DNA of 47,525 nucleotides from an uncultured Flavobacteriales bacterium (GTDB taxonomy: Bacteria; Bacteroidota; Bacteroidia; Flavobacteriales_E; Vicingaceae), in NCBI GenBank assembly GCA_913059105.1, contig CAJXRL010000001.1, positions 1 to 47,525 on the forward strand, written 5' to 3'. The notes beneath the pieces are model-generated. The model was not told the origin of the DNA, did not search any database, and was given only the letters and a program-made list of their open reading frames with translations. The position numbers were made by a program, and so were the translations under genes. This document shows, piece by piece, positions 9,892 through 19,328 of this stretch (positions are counted from its first letter, which is position 1; each line of letters begins with the position of its first letter).

Positions 9892-11340
9892 ATGTCTGAA
9901 GAGTTGAAGTCAAATTGGGTGTTGATTTTGAGCTTTTTGTTCATTATGACCAATAGTGCTCTAATCGCATTAGAACAATATTGGTTTGCTGTTATACCTT
10001 TTGCTATAGTTCTCTTATTTATGGCTTTTGTAGCTACCGATAAGTTGATGTGGTTCATTGTATTTACTACACCCCTTTCATTAAACTTAGAAGCTTTGGA
10101 GTTTGGTGGGGTCGGAATGTTTCTCCCTACTGAACCTTTGTTGTTCGGTGTAATGGTCATCTTTATTTTAAGAGTACTTTACGACAGGAAATATGACATG
10201 TCGGTGCTTAAACACCCTGTCACTATTGCTATTCTTATCAACTTAGCTTGGATTATTATAACTACATTGACCAGCACAATGCCTTTTGTATCACTAAAAT
10301 TTTTACTGGCAAGACTGTGGTTTATCATTGCGTTTTATTTTATAGCCACCCAACTCTTTAAAAAGGTTGAAAATATTAGATTGTTTTTTTGGTTGTACCT
10401 AATTCCTCTTGCTTGCGTAGCACTTTATACATTTTTACATCACAGTAAATATGGTTTCGCAGAACGTCCTGCTCACTGGGTAATGCAGCCATTCTTTAAA
10501 GATCATACTGTTTATGGAGCAGTTGTGGCTATGATGTTCCCCATTATGGTCTTGTTATTTATTCTCAAACGGTATAAGAAGTATAGAGTTATTTCGGCAT
10601 TGATGATTGTCGTTTTGGCTATGGGAATTATCTTTTCATATGGCCGTGCAGCTTGGATTAGCTTGTTAATAGCTTTCGCTGTTTCCTTGATTTATTTACT
10701 TCGACTGAGAGGAAGCTTTGTGCTTTCTGCGACTGCCTTAGTTTTGGTAGTTGCCGGAGTTTTCTGGACGGACATAATAAATACTTTAGAAAAAAATGAG
10801 CAAGATTCTACCTCAGAGAATTTAGGAGAGCATGTTCAATCAATTACGAATATTTCTACCGATGCCTCAAATTTAGAACGGATAAATCGTTGGAATTCGG
10901 CTTTAGAAATGTATAGGCGGAAACCAATTCTTGGTTGGGGTCCTGGAACATATGCTTTTCAATATGCTCCTTTTCAGTCTTCTGAAGATGTTACAATTAT
11001 AAGTACCAATGCAGGTGATGGAGGAAATGCACATTCAGAATTTATTGGTCCTCTTGCTGAAACTGGCTTATTAGGTGCATTAACGTTTGTCTTTATTTTA
11101 GTGATGTTTTATTACCGAGCATCGTTGCTATATTATAGATTGCCAAAAGGAGAATTACGAACGATTGTATTCTTTATTATACTCGCGTTTACATCGTACA
11201 TTATCAATGGAACACTTAATAATTTCTTGGATACAGATAAAGCAAGTGTTCCTTTTTGGGCGTTTATAGCGATGATTGTAGCCATAGACCTGCACTCGGA
11301 GAAGTTTTTAGCTAAAGAAACTGAGCAGCTAGAAAAGTAA
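9892..11340 (+). CDS. O-antigen ligase / Wzy_C family polymerase-like membrane protein
   Basis: About 11 predicted TM helices. Loop motifs are typical of Wzy_C (SYGRAAWISLLIA, GWGPGTY, AHSEFIGPLAETGLLG). The ATG lies 2 nt after the preceding stop. Confidence 0.75.
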   Translation: MSEELKSNWVLILSFLFIMTNSALIALEQYWFAVIPFAIVLLFMAFVATDKLMWFIVFTTPLSLNLEALEFGGVGMFLPTEPLLFGVMVIFILRVLYDRKYDMSVLKHPVTIAILINLAWIIITTLTSTMPFVSLKFLLARLWFIIAFYFIATQLFKKVENIRLFFWLYLIPLACVALYTFLHHSKYGFAERPAHWVMQPFFKDHTVYGAVVAMMFPIMVLLFILKRYKKYRVISALMIVVLAMGIIFSYGRAAWISLLIAFAVSLIYLLRLRGSFVLSATALVLVVAGVFWTDIINTLEKNEQDSTSENLGEHVQSITNISTDASNLERINRWNSALEMYRRKPILGWGPGTYAFQYAPFQSSEDVTIISTNAGDGGNAHSEFIGPLAETGLLGALTFVFILVMFYYRASLLYYRLPKGELRTIVFFIILAFTSYIINGTLNNFLDTDKASVPFWAFIAMIVAIDLHSEKFLAKETEQLEK

Positions 11341-12544
11341 CATCATCATCTAACCCATTGTCGTTTTTATTCTCGCTGATAAGTGAATTCAGCGAGTTAG
11401 AAATTTCTGAGAGATCTTTTTTACCTTTTAATATAGCGGCAATTCCTTCTACTTCCATATGGGTCCCGTCTTTGTTGGGTAGTTCAGTTAAGCCATCTGT
11501 ATAACAAACTAATTGATCATTTGTATTTATCGAGATACTCTCCTTTTTAAGAAAAGGTAATTTCTCAAACATACCTAAAATAGTCGAGCCAGTCTTGAGG
11601 TATTTAATTTCTTCTTCTTGTATGAGAAGAGGGGGCTGGTGACCGCAGTTGATGTATAAAAGTTCTTTTTTTTCTGGATCGAAAATTCCTATAAATAGTG
11701 TTATGAATTTTTGGAAGTTAGCTGATTCGATTATTTTTTGGTTACACATATCAATAAGCTCCTCTAAGTCTTTTGCTATTCTAACAAGTGCTCTAAGACT
11801 TGCTTGAAAGTTGGCCATTAAAAGTGCAGCGGAAATTCCTTTTCCCGATACATCTGCTATGCAAAAAGCTGTTCTTCCATTCGAAAGTGGAATGACATCG
11901 TAGTAATCGCCTCCTACTTCACTATGGGGAAGATATAGGGCAGTTACTTTTAAGGTTTCAGTATTTGGTAAAGATTTAGGAAATAAGAGGGTTTGCATAT
12001 TTCGTGCTAATTCCAATTCCTTATTTGTTGCTGCCTGCTTAATTTCTTGTTTATTGAGTCGTTTATTTTCAAGGGCAACAACAATAATATTAATTAACGT
12101 TTGAATGAATCGCAAGTGTTTGATGATCGGGCTGATTTCCATTTTTTCACCTTCAATATCTGCTAAAAGCATAAATGCTAAGGGTTGGTCATGGTGGAAA
12201 ACAGGAATTGCAATTTCGAAATTTCTTAAGGATGGGCTACTTTTTTCTTGGTTGATGGTCCCAATGTCAGGAAAGGATTCAACAAGTTTAGAAATATCAA
12301 TTTTTTCACATTCGTCTTTACCAATCCCTTCAGTCATTGAAACTGACCAATTTTTAGTGTCGAAAGTGAAAAGGGCTAGTTTGGCAATGTTTAAATTTTC
12401 AGTGAGAATTGATTTTAGAATAGAGAAGAGAAATTCATCAGAGGAATTATCATTAATTGCATTTGTGATATTCAAGAGGGTGTCTAACTTCGATTTAGAT
12501 TGCTGAAGTTTTCCTTTTACCCGTCTTGTTTTTGCATCTGTCAT
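11312..12544 (-). CDS. GAF domain-containing PP2C-family (SpoIIE/RsbU-like) serine phosphatase
   Basis: C-terminal PP2C/SpoIIE motifs GGDYYDV, ADVSGKGISAALLMA, CYTDGLTE and DDVTFLA. The N-terminal ~170 aa is GAF-like. Its start overlaps the upstream lpxD-paralog stop (ATGA). Confidence 0.8.
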   Translation of the reverse strand: MTDAKTRRVKGKLQQSKSKLDTLLNITNAINDNSSDEFLFSILKSILTENLNIAKLALFTFDTKNWSVSMTEGIGKDECEKIDISKLVESFPDIGTINQEKSSPSLRNFEIAIPVFHHDQPLAFMLLADIEGEKMEISPIIKHLRFIQTLINIIVVALENKRLNKQEIKQAATNKELELARNMQTLLFPKSLPNTETLKVTALYLPHSEVGGDYYDVIPLSNGRTAFCIADVSGKGISAALLMANFQASLRALVRIAKDLEELIDMCNQKIIESANFQKFITLFIGIFDPEKKELLYINCGHQPPLLIQEEEIKYLKTGSTILGMFEKLPFLKKESISINTNDQLVCYTDGLTELPNKDGTHMEVEGIAAILKGKKDLSEISNSLNSLISENKNDNGLDDDVTFLAAQFL

Positions 12545-13473
12545 TCTTTGCTAAACTTACTAAAAAGTTCAGGAAGGCGTCTGATCATGGCCATTTCTTT
12601 GAATTTTGCACGACTCTCATCAACAGGACTGCCTAAGTATGTTTTGTTTCCTTCTAACGTTTTACCAACTCCGCTTTGTGCGTAGAGAATCGTTTTATCT
12701 CCAATAGAAATTCCACTTGCAATGCCTACTTGTCCCCAAATGGTGACTTCATCCCCAACTTCAACACAACCAGCAATCCCGGCTTGTGCAGCAATCAAAC
12801 ATTTTTTGCCAATAACAGTATCATGCCCGATTTGCACTAAGTTATCAATTTTTGTTCCTTCGCCAATTGTTGTAACAGCCGTAACTCCTTTGTCAATAGT
12901 GCAATTTGCTCCAATCTCAACATTCTTCTCAATTAAGACTGCTCCATTGCTATTTAATCGATCAAAATGAGTGCCTCTATTTTTGTAATAGAATCCAAAA
13001 GAGCCAAGTACTGTTCCAGATTGGATAATTACATTATCCTTAATAGTTACATCATCTAAGAGGGTAACATTTGGAAAAATAAGGCAGTTATTACCAATCT
13101 TCACGTTCCTTCCGATACTCACAGATGGGTGAATTTTTGTTCCTGATCCAATCTCTGCTTGTTCTTGTTGTACTTCGGAAAAAATAAAAGGATTGAAGTA
13201 GGATAGAATAAAGTTGAAGCTTCTAAAAGGGTCATCACAAATAATTATACCTTTCCCTTGAGGAACTTCTACTTCTTTATTAATTAGCACTACTGAAGCG
13301 CTGCAATTTAGTGCTTTGTCGTAATATTTTGGATGATCAACAAATACGATGTCCCCTTGCTCTACTCGGTGAATCTCATTGATTCCTGTTACCGCAAGGT
13401 TTTGGTCCCCCTTAAAAGGAGAATCTAACAACGACGCAATATCTAATAGGGTAAATGTTTTACCTAGATTCAT
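12541..13473 (-). CDS. lpxD: UDP-3-O-acylglucosamine N-acyltransferase, second (short) LpxD paralog
   Basis: LpxD-type N-terminal domain followed by left-handed beta-helix hexapeptide repeats (IGRNVKIGNNCLI..., IGANCTIDKG, VQIGHDTVIGKKCLIAAQAGIAG). At 310 aa it is shorter than the 351-aa copy at 16891-17946. Confidence 0.8.
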   Translation of the reverse strand: MNLGKTFTLLDIASLLDSPFKGDQNLAVTGINEIHRVEQGDIVFVDHPKYYDKALNCSASVVLINKEVEVPQGKGIIICDDPFRSFNFILSYFNPFIFSEVQQEQAEIGSGTKIHPSVSIGRNVKIGNNCLIFPNVTLLDDVTIKDNVIIQSGTVLGSFGFYYKNRGTHFDRLNSNGAVLIEKNVEIGANCTIDKGVTAVTTIGEGTKIDNLVQIGHDTVIGKKCLIAAQAGIAGCVEVGDEVTIWGQVGIASGISIGDKTILYAQSGVGKTLEGNKTYLGSPVDESRAKFKEMAMIRRLPELFSKFSKE

Positions 13474-13476
13474 GAC

Positions 13477-14043
13477 TTATGATTTCAAACGCTCACAGTA
13501 AGAGCTACTTCTAGTATCGATACGAATTCTATCTCCTTCGTTGATGAATAATGGAACTCGAACTTCTGCTCCTGTTTCTACAGTTGCAGGTTTAGTAGTA
13601 TTTGTTGCTGTATCGCCTTTTATTCCTGGTTCAGTAAAAGTAATTTCCAGGTTTACAAACGCAGGTAAATCACATGATAGTGGTTTTTCTTCTTCAGCAT
13701 GGTACATGATGTCAACCATATCGCCTTCTTTCAAGAATTGTGGGGCATTGATCATTTCTTTTTGCAGGAAGGTCTGCTCGTAATCTTCTGTATTCATGAA
13801 GTGATAGCCACTATCATCGTTATAAAGATATTGATATTTTCTTGTTTCTATTCGAACAGGATCAATTTTAACACCTGCATTGAACGTATTGTCGATTATT
13901 TTACCTGAAGTTAAACTTTGCATCTTAGTACGTACAAACGCTGGCCCTTTTCCTGGCTTTACATGTTGAAATTCAAGAATTTTGAACAAATCATTGTTCC
14001 AATTCATACACAATCCGTTCTTAAAATCTGAAGTATTTGCCAT
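13477..14043 (-). CDS. efp: Translation elongation factor P
   Basis: The sequence FQHVKPGKGPAFVRTKMQSLTSGK includes the conserved KPGKG loop. Length is 188 aa. Confidence 0.95.
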   Translation of the reverse strand: MANTSDFKNGLCMNWNNDLFKILEFQHVKPGKGPAFVRTKMQSLTSGKIIDNTFNAGVKIDPVRIETRKYQYLYNDDSGYHFMNTEDYEQTFLQKEMINAPQFLKEGDMVDIMYHAEEEKPLSCDLPAFVNLEITFTEPGIKGDTATNTTKPATVETGAEVRVPLFINEGDRIRIDTRSSSYCERLKS

Positions 14044-14088
14044 AATTTAGTTGTATTGAATCAAAGATAGGGATTAGACTTGAAATTG

Positions 14089-14709
14089 CTATTTATAATC
14101 CGTGATTCTTATTGTTTTTTCAATTTTGTATAGTTCGTTCTTTTGTTCATTTGACCCAATAATTGTAGTTCTATTTGGGTTGTATTTGTCCATCAAGTGA
14201 TGGTATAATTCTATTCCTTTAGCGTCTAAATTAGAACATGGTTCATCTAATAGCAATAATTTTGATTGGCTACATATGGCCAAGCCGAGCTTCAATCGCT
14301 GTTTCATGCCAGATGAAAAGTTTTTGATGTATTTGTTTTCAGCGTCTCTTAAATATACTAATTCAATAAATGAATCGGGTGTTAATCCGTCTTGGAAGGA
14401 TTTAAATTTTAAATGGAAATCAATTAATTCTTTACAGCTTAGCTCTTCGATTAAATCGATGTAAGGGGCTGTAAAAATTATAGATTTATAGATTTTGGCT
14501 GCTTCAATTTCTGAATTGGAGAAGTGATACTTTATTTCTCCTTTGGAAGGTAATTCTGCACCTGATAGTAGTTTAATAAATGTTGATTTGCCGCTGCCAT
14601 TAGATCCAATTACTCCAATTTTATCACCAGATGCAACATTGAGCGAAAGGGATTGGAAAATCCATTCTTTGTTGAATCGTTTTGAAAGTGAATGGATTTC
14701 GATGTTCAT
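14089..14709 (-). CDS. ABC transporter ATP-binding protein (short, no adjacent permease)
   Basis: Walker A GSNGSGKST, ABC signature FSSGMKQRL, Walker B LLLLDEP. Length is 206 aa. Confidence 0.85.
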   Translation of the reverse strand: MNIEIHSLSKRFNKEWIFQSLSLNVASGDKIGVIGSNGSGKSTFIKLLSGAELPSKGEIKYHFSNSEIEAAKIYKSIIFTAPYIDLIEELSCKELIDFHLKFKSFQDGLTPDSFIELVYLRDAENKYIKNFSSGMKQRLKLGLAICSQSKLLLLDEPCSNLDAKGIELYHHLMDKYNPNRTTIIGSNEQKNELYKIEKTIRITDYK

Positions 14710-14732
14710 CTTTCTTCTCTACTTCAAATACC

Positions 14733-15506
14733 TTAACTTAATGGCCCTCTAATAATTCCCTTTTGGGAACCTTCAATGAAATTTAAAATTTGCGATTTTT
14801 CTGGCGAATCTTCAATAGAAGCTTTAATTTCCTCAAGTGATTTGGAAACATTTGTGCCGTGCACAAAAATGTGTCTATAAATGTCTTCGATTTGGCTTAT
14901 TGTAGCTGTTTGGTAGCCTCTTCGACGCATTCCTATTGCATTGATTCCTGCATAAGTCAAAGGCTCTCTAGCAGCCTTAACGAAAGGCGGCACATCTTTA
15001 CGAACTAACGAGCCACCCGCAATGAAAGAGTGCTCTCCAATTCTGATAAATTGTTGAACAGCTACTACCCCTTCTAAAATTACGTGATCTTCAATGGTTA
15101 CATGCCCAGCAATGTTAGCGGTATTAGCCAGAATGACATTATTGCCAATTTGCGCATCGTGAGCAATGTGCACGTAAGCCATTAACAAACAATCATTACC
15201 AACGGTAGTTTTGTTTCTGTCAACAGTTCCACGGTTTATTGTGACACACTCCCTGATGGTTGTATTATTGCCAATTTCAGCGGTAGTAATCTCCCCATGA
15301 AATTTTAAATCTTGTGGAATCGCTGAAATAACAGCACCAGGAAATATTTTACAATTGTTCCCAATTCTCGCGCCATCCATAATGGTTACATTGGGACCAA
15401 TCCATGTGTCATCTCCAATTACAACATCACCAGCAACGTACGTGAAGGGATCAATAATAACGTTTTTACCAATTTTTGCATCTGGGTGAATGTAAGCGTG
15501 CTCCAT
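14733..15506 (-). CDS. lpxA: Acyl-ACP--UDP-N-acetylglucosamine O-acyltransferase
   Basis: Hexapeptide-repeat beta-helix followed by the LpxA C-terminal helical domain (GINAIGMRRRG). Length is 257 aa, and it lies directly downstream of lpxC/fabZ. Confidence 0.9.
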   Translation of the reverse strand: MEHAYIHPDAKIGKNVIIDPFTYVAGDVVIGDDTWIGPNVTIMDGARIGNNCKIFPGAVISAIPQDLKFHGEITTAEIGNNTTIRECVTINRGTVDRNKTTVGNDCLLMAYVHIAHDAQIGNNVILANTANIAGHVTIEDHVILEGVVAVQQFIRIGEHSFIAGGSLVRKDVPPFVKAAREPLTYAGINAIGMRRRGYQTATISQIEDIYRHIFVHGTNVSKSLEEIKASIEDSPEKSQILNFIEGSQKGIIRGPLS

Positions 15507-16894
15507 TATTTTTCTTTTACAATTTGCGCCATTAACTCTCCTTCTGAAACTACTTTTCCATTAACATAGGCTTTGGCTGCCATTAAAACCATTCCTCTTC
15601 GAATTGGTTGCAACAAATCTAATCTAAATATTAAGACATCACCTGGAATAACTTTCCGTTTGAATTTTACTTTATCAATTTTCACAAAATAAGTAAGATA
15701 GTTTTCTGGATCTGGAACAGTACTTAGGGCTAAAATTCCACCGGTCTGCGCCATGGCTTCGATTTGTAAAACACCAGGCATTACTGGTGCGCCAGGAAAG
15801 TGACCTTGAAAGAACTGCTCATTCATTGTCACATTTTTCACTCCCACTACATGCGTTTCGCTTAACTCAATAATTTTATCTACTAACAACATCGGATAAC
15901 GATGAGGTAGCATCTTTTCTATGCTATTAATATCGTGAATAGCTTCCGATGTTAAATCAAATTTTGGACTGGCTCTTTCACGTTTTTTAATTTCTGCTTT
16001 TATAATACGAGCAAAGTCTACATTTCCTTTGTGGCCAGGTCTCGCTGCTAAAATGTGCCCTTTAATTGGTCTTCCAACTAAAGCTAAATCACCTACAATA
16101 TCCAATAACTTATGCCGTGCTGGCTCATCTTGAAAATGCAATTTTAAATTATTAAGCACCCCAGTGTCAGTAACTTCTATTCTAGGTTTGCCCAATAACT
16201 CCGCAATTTCGTCTAACTTTTCCTGCGGGGGGATGTGATCTACTAATACAATTGCGTTGTCTAAATCACCACCCTTTATAAGGTTGTTTTTTGCTAAAAA
16301 TTCTAATTCACGTAAGAATACAAAAGTTCTACACATGGATATATTTTCCTCAAACTCTCCTAACTTATACATGTGTGCATGCTGCGTTCCTAGAGTAGGA
16401 GAATTATAGTCAACCATTACCGTCAAGCGGAACTCATCTTGAGGTACCGCTAACATTTCTGTCATGCGATCAAGGTCTTCGTATGTTATATTTTCTTCAA
16501 CTACAAAAAAGTTTTTCTCAGCTTCTTGATCTTCAATACCAGCATCTTTTAATGCTTGCAAGAAAAAATGCGCACTACCATCTAATATTGGGACTTCTGG
16601 TCCATCAATCTCAATTAACAAGTTGTCGATCTCTAATCCATAAGCAGCAGCCAATAAATGTTCAGTAGTGTGAACCCTTGCTCCGTTTTGTTCGATAGTA
16701 GTTCCTCTTGAGGTATCAACAACTAAATCACAATCAGCTTTAATAGTAGGTTGTCCTTCTATGTCAATTCTTTGAAATACAAAGCCGTGATTTTCAGGGG
16801 CTGATTTGAAATTTACAGTCGATTTCACTCCTGTATGTAATCCAACTCCATTTAGTGAAATAGAGTTTGTAATAGTTTTTTGTTTCGTGCTCAT
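15506..16894 (-). CDS. lpxC/fabZ: Bifunctional UDP-3-O-acyl-GlcNAc deacetylase / 3-hydroxyacyl-ACP dehydratase (LpxC-FabZ fusion)
   Basis: The N-terminal half has LpxC motifs (GVGLHTG, HTTEHLLAA, GHKGNVDFA). The C-terminal half is FabZ (LPHRYPMLLVDKI, FFQGHFPGAPVMPGVLQIEAMAQ). This fusion is characteristic of Bacteroidota. Confidence 0.95.
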   Translation of the reverse strand: MSTKQKTITNSISLNGVGLHTGVKSTVNFKSAPENHGFVFQRIDIEGQPTIKADCDLVVDTSRGTTIEQNGARVHTTEHLLAAAYGLEIDNLLIEIDGPEVPILDGSAHFFLQALKDAGIEDQEAEKNFFVVEENITYEDLDRMTEMLAVPQDEFRLTVMVDYNSPTLGTQHAHMYKLGEFEENISMCRTFVFLRELEFLAKNNLIKGGDLDNAIVLVDHIPPQEKLDEIAELLGKPRIEVTDTGVLNNLKLHFQDEPARHKLLDIVGDLALVGRPIKGHILAARPGHKGNVDFARIIKAEIKKRERASPKFDLTSEAIHDINSIEKMLPHRYPMLLVDKIIELSETHVVGVKNVTMNEQFFQGHFPGAPVMPGVLQIEAMAQTGGILALSTVPDPENYLTYFVKIDKVKFKRKVIPGDVLIFRLDLLQPIRRGMVLMAAKAYVNGKVVSEGELMAQIVKEK

Positions 16895-17946
16895 AACTGG
16901 TTTGAGGCAGATTTTAATTCTTCCAATTGTTTTTCTAGGTCCCGAATTTGGTTAGCCATACTCGGCAACTTTCTAAACATTACATATGATCTTTTATAAT
17001 CCCCAATAGGAATGGAAGGAGATCCTTGAACAATTGCTCCTTTTTCTTCAATAGAATTGCCGATACCACTTTGTGCAGCAATCTTTACTTCTTCAGCAAT
17101 TTTTAGGTGACCAACAATACCAACTTGTCCACCAATCATGCAGTTTTTACCAATTTTGGTAGAACCTGCAATTCCTGTTTGAGCAGCAATTACGGTATTT
17201 TCTCCAATATCAACATTGTGAGCAATTTGAATCAAGTTATCTAATTTTACTCCTTTTCTAATGATCGTAGAACCTAGAGTTGCTCTATCAACACAAGTAT
17301 TAGCACCAATTTCAACATAATCTTCAATAATTACGTTGCCAATTTGAGGTACTTTTTTGTAGTTGTTTTCGCTGTTAGGTGCAAATCCAAATCCATCGGC
17401 ACCTAAAATCGCTCCTGAATGAATCACACACTCTTTCCCTATTTGAGTTTCAGAATAAATTCTAGCTCCTGCAAAAATGGTGCAGTCCGCACCAATTGAA
17501 GCATTATCTCCTACAAACGAATTTGGGAATACTTTAACTCCATCAGCGATTTTTGTATTGTCACCAATTACAACGTTTTCACCCAAATAAACATTCTCCC
17601 CAATACTTGCTGATTCTGATACAATAGCAGATTTAGCAATACCAACTTTATTGTTTTTTACTTGATTATACATTTCAAGTAATTTGCCAAAAGCTCCATA
17701 AGCATCAGCAACTCTAATAAGTGTTGGATTATTCTTTAAAATTTGTTCAGCAGTAAAGTCGTTACCAACTATTACTATTGAAGCTTGTGTATCGTAGATG
17801 TAATCTGTGTATTTTGGATTTGCCAAGAAAGACAGCGAACCAGGTTTGCCTTCTTCAATTTTTGAAAGGGTAGAAACACTTGTTTCTCCATTTCCTTCAA
17901 CTGTTCCTTGCAGTAATTCAGAGATTTGGTTGGCCGAAAATTCCAT
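16891..17946 (-). CDS. lpxD: UDP-3-O-acylglucosamine N-acyltransferase
   Basis: Full-length (351 aa) LpxD with an N-terminal uridine-binding domain, a hexapeptide beta-helix (IGANTCVDRATLG, IQIAHNVDIGENTVIAAQTGIAGS) and a C-terminal coiled coil. Confidence 0.9.
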   Translation of the reverse strand: MEFSANQISELLQGTVEGNGETSVSTLSKIEEGKPGSLSFLANPKYTDYIYDTQASIVIVGNDFTAEQILKNNPTLIRVADAYGAFGKLLEMYNQVKNNKVGIAKSAIVSESASIGENVYLGENVVIGDNTKIADGVKVFPNSFVGDNASIGADCTIFAGARIYSETQIGKECVIHSGAILGADGFGFAPNSENNYKKVPQIGNVIIEDYVEIGANTCVDRATLGSTIIRKGVKLDNLIQIAHNVDIGENTVIAAQTGIAGSTKIGKNCMIGGQVGIVGHLKIAEEVKIAAQSGIGNSIEEKGAIVQGSPSIPIGDYKRSYVMFRKLPSMANQIRDLEKQLEELKSASNQL

Positions 17947-17982
17947 CGTTCAAAAGTAATAAATAATTAAAGTAGCCTTCTG

Positions 17983-19245
17983 TTATTTGTTTTTCAAGTT
18001 ATCAACCATTATTTGTTTGGGATAACAAATAAAATGCTTCACTACTTCCTCCGTTAACGCATTTATGTTCAATTGGTCTGCTGCTTCTGCAATGTCTTTT
18101 ATTTCGCCATTCTTGAACAGTAAATTGATTTTGTCCTTTTTAGGGTTGTATGCATTGTTTTTAATAGAGTCGGTGAAGATGAAATAGCTTGCTTCTTTAC
18201 CGCTTATTCCTGTAGCTGATACTAACTTATTCAAGTGCATATCAACTTCTGCTTTTGAAAATGCTTTTTTGCGAATATCGATTTTGTAAAGATTTCGATT
18301 TACTAAAGATTTACATAAACTGCTTAAAATGGGGTCTGAGTGGTTTTGCCACATTTTAATAGAAGCAGTAATGTCAAAATCGTCTAATTCTGAAAAACGA
18401 ACTAAGGTATCTTTATTGTTTTCAAATGAATTTCTATCGTGATTTTGGTACAAAAAGTATCGCAATGCATCGGTGCAGAATAGCTCTTCACTGTCAAGCG
18501 CAAGTTCTTTTGCGCGAGCTAATATTTTGACCACCAATCGTTCTGCAGATAGAACAGTTTTATGTAAATAAACTTGCCAATACATTAATCTTCTGGCAAT
18601 GATAAATTTCTCAATCGAATAAATTCCCTTTGCTTCAATTACCAGATTACTTTCTTCTACATTTAACATTGAGATAATTCGTTCGGAGCTAATAACTCCT
18701 TCAGAAACTCCTGTAAAGAAGCTATCTCTTCGTAAGTAATCTAATCGATCCATATCTAGCTGAGAAGAGACTAGTTGATGCAGGAATGGCTTTTTATATT
18801 TGTTTTCGAATATCTTTATAGCTAGCGTCAATTTACCATCAAATTCCTCATTTAAGCGTTGCATGAAGAAACTAGAAATATCCTCATGGGTTACATTACC
18901 AACAATGCTGTATTCCAATGCATGTGAAAATGGGCCGTGACCAATGTCGTGTAATAGGATTGCTATTAAAGTAGCTTTTCTTTCTGTTTTAGTGACTTTT
19001 TGCCCTTTTGATTTAATGACATCTAGTGCTTTCATGGTAAGGTGCATGGCACCCATGGCATGATGAAACCTAGTATGCAAGGCTCCGGGGTACACTAAAT
19101 GAGTTAATCCCAATTGTTTTATTCTTCGAAGTCGTTGAAAAAAAGGATGTTCTATAATATCGAATATTAAATCGAAGGGCAATGAAATAAACCCATAAAC
19201 TGGGTCGTTAAAGATCTTCTTTTTATTGTATTTACTATTTCTCAA
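17983..19245 (-). CDS. HD domain-containing phosphohydrolase (dGTPase/SAMHD1-like)
   Basis: Metal-binding motifs HTRFHHAMG and LLHDIGHGPFSH, plus DMDRLDYLRRD. Length is 420 aa. Confidence 0.8.
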   Translation of the reverse strand: MRNSKYNKKKIFNDPVYGFISLPFDLIFDIIEHPFFQRLRRIKQLGLTHLVYPGALHTRFHHAMGAMHLTMKALDVIKSKGQKVTKTERKATLIAILLHDIGHGPFSHALEYSIVGNVTHEDISSFFMQRLNEEFDGKLTLAIKIFENKYKKPFLHQLVSSQLDMDRLDYLRRDSFFTGVSEGVISSERIISMLNVEESNLVIEAKGIYSIEKFIIARRLMYWQVYLHKTVLSAERLVVKILARAKELALDSEELFCTDALRYFLYQNHDRNSFENNKDTLVRFSELDDFDITASIKMWQNHSDPILSSLCKSLVNRNLYKIDIRKKAFSKAEVDMHLNKLVSATGISGKEASYFIFTDSIKNNAYNPKKDKINLLFKNGEIKDIAEAADQLNINALTEEVVKHFICYPKQIMVDNLKNK

Positions 19246-19328
19246 GCGATTTAGATTTAACTAATTTTAGCAAGTGTGATTTGTAGCTTTGGCCATTTTC
19301 ACTTTACTTGCAATCAAAACAAAACTTA

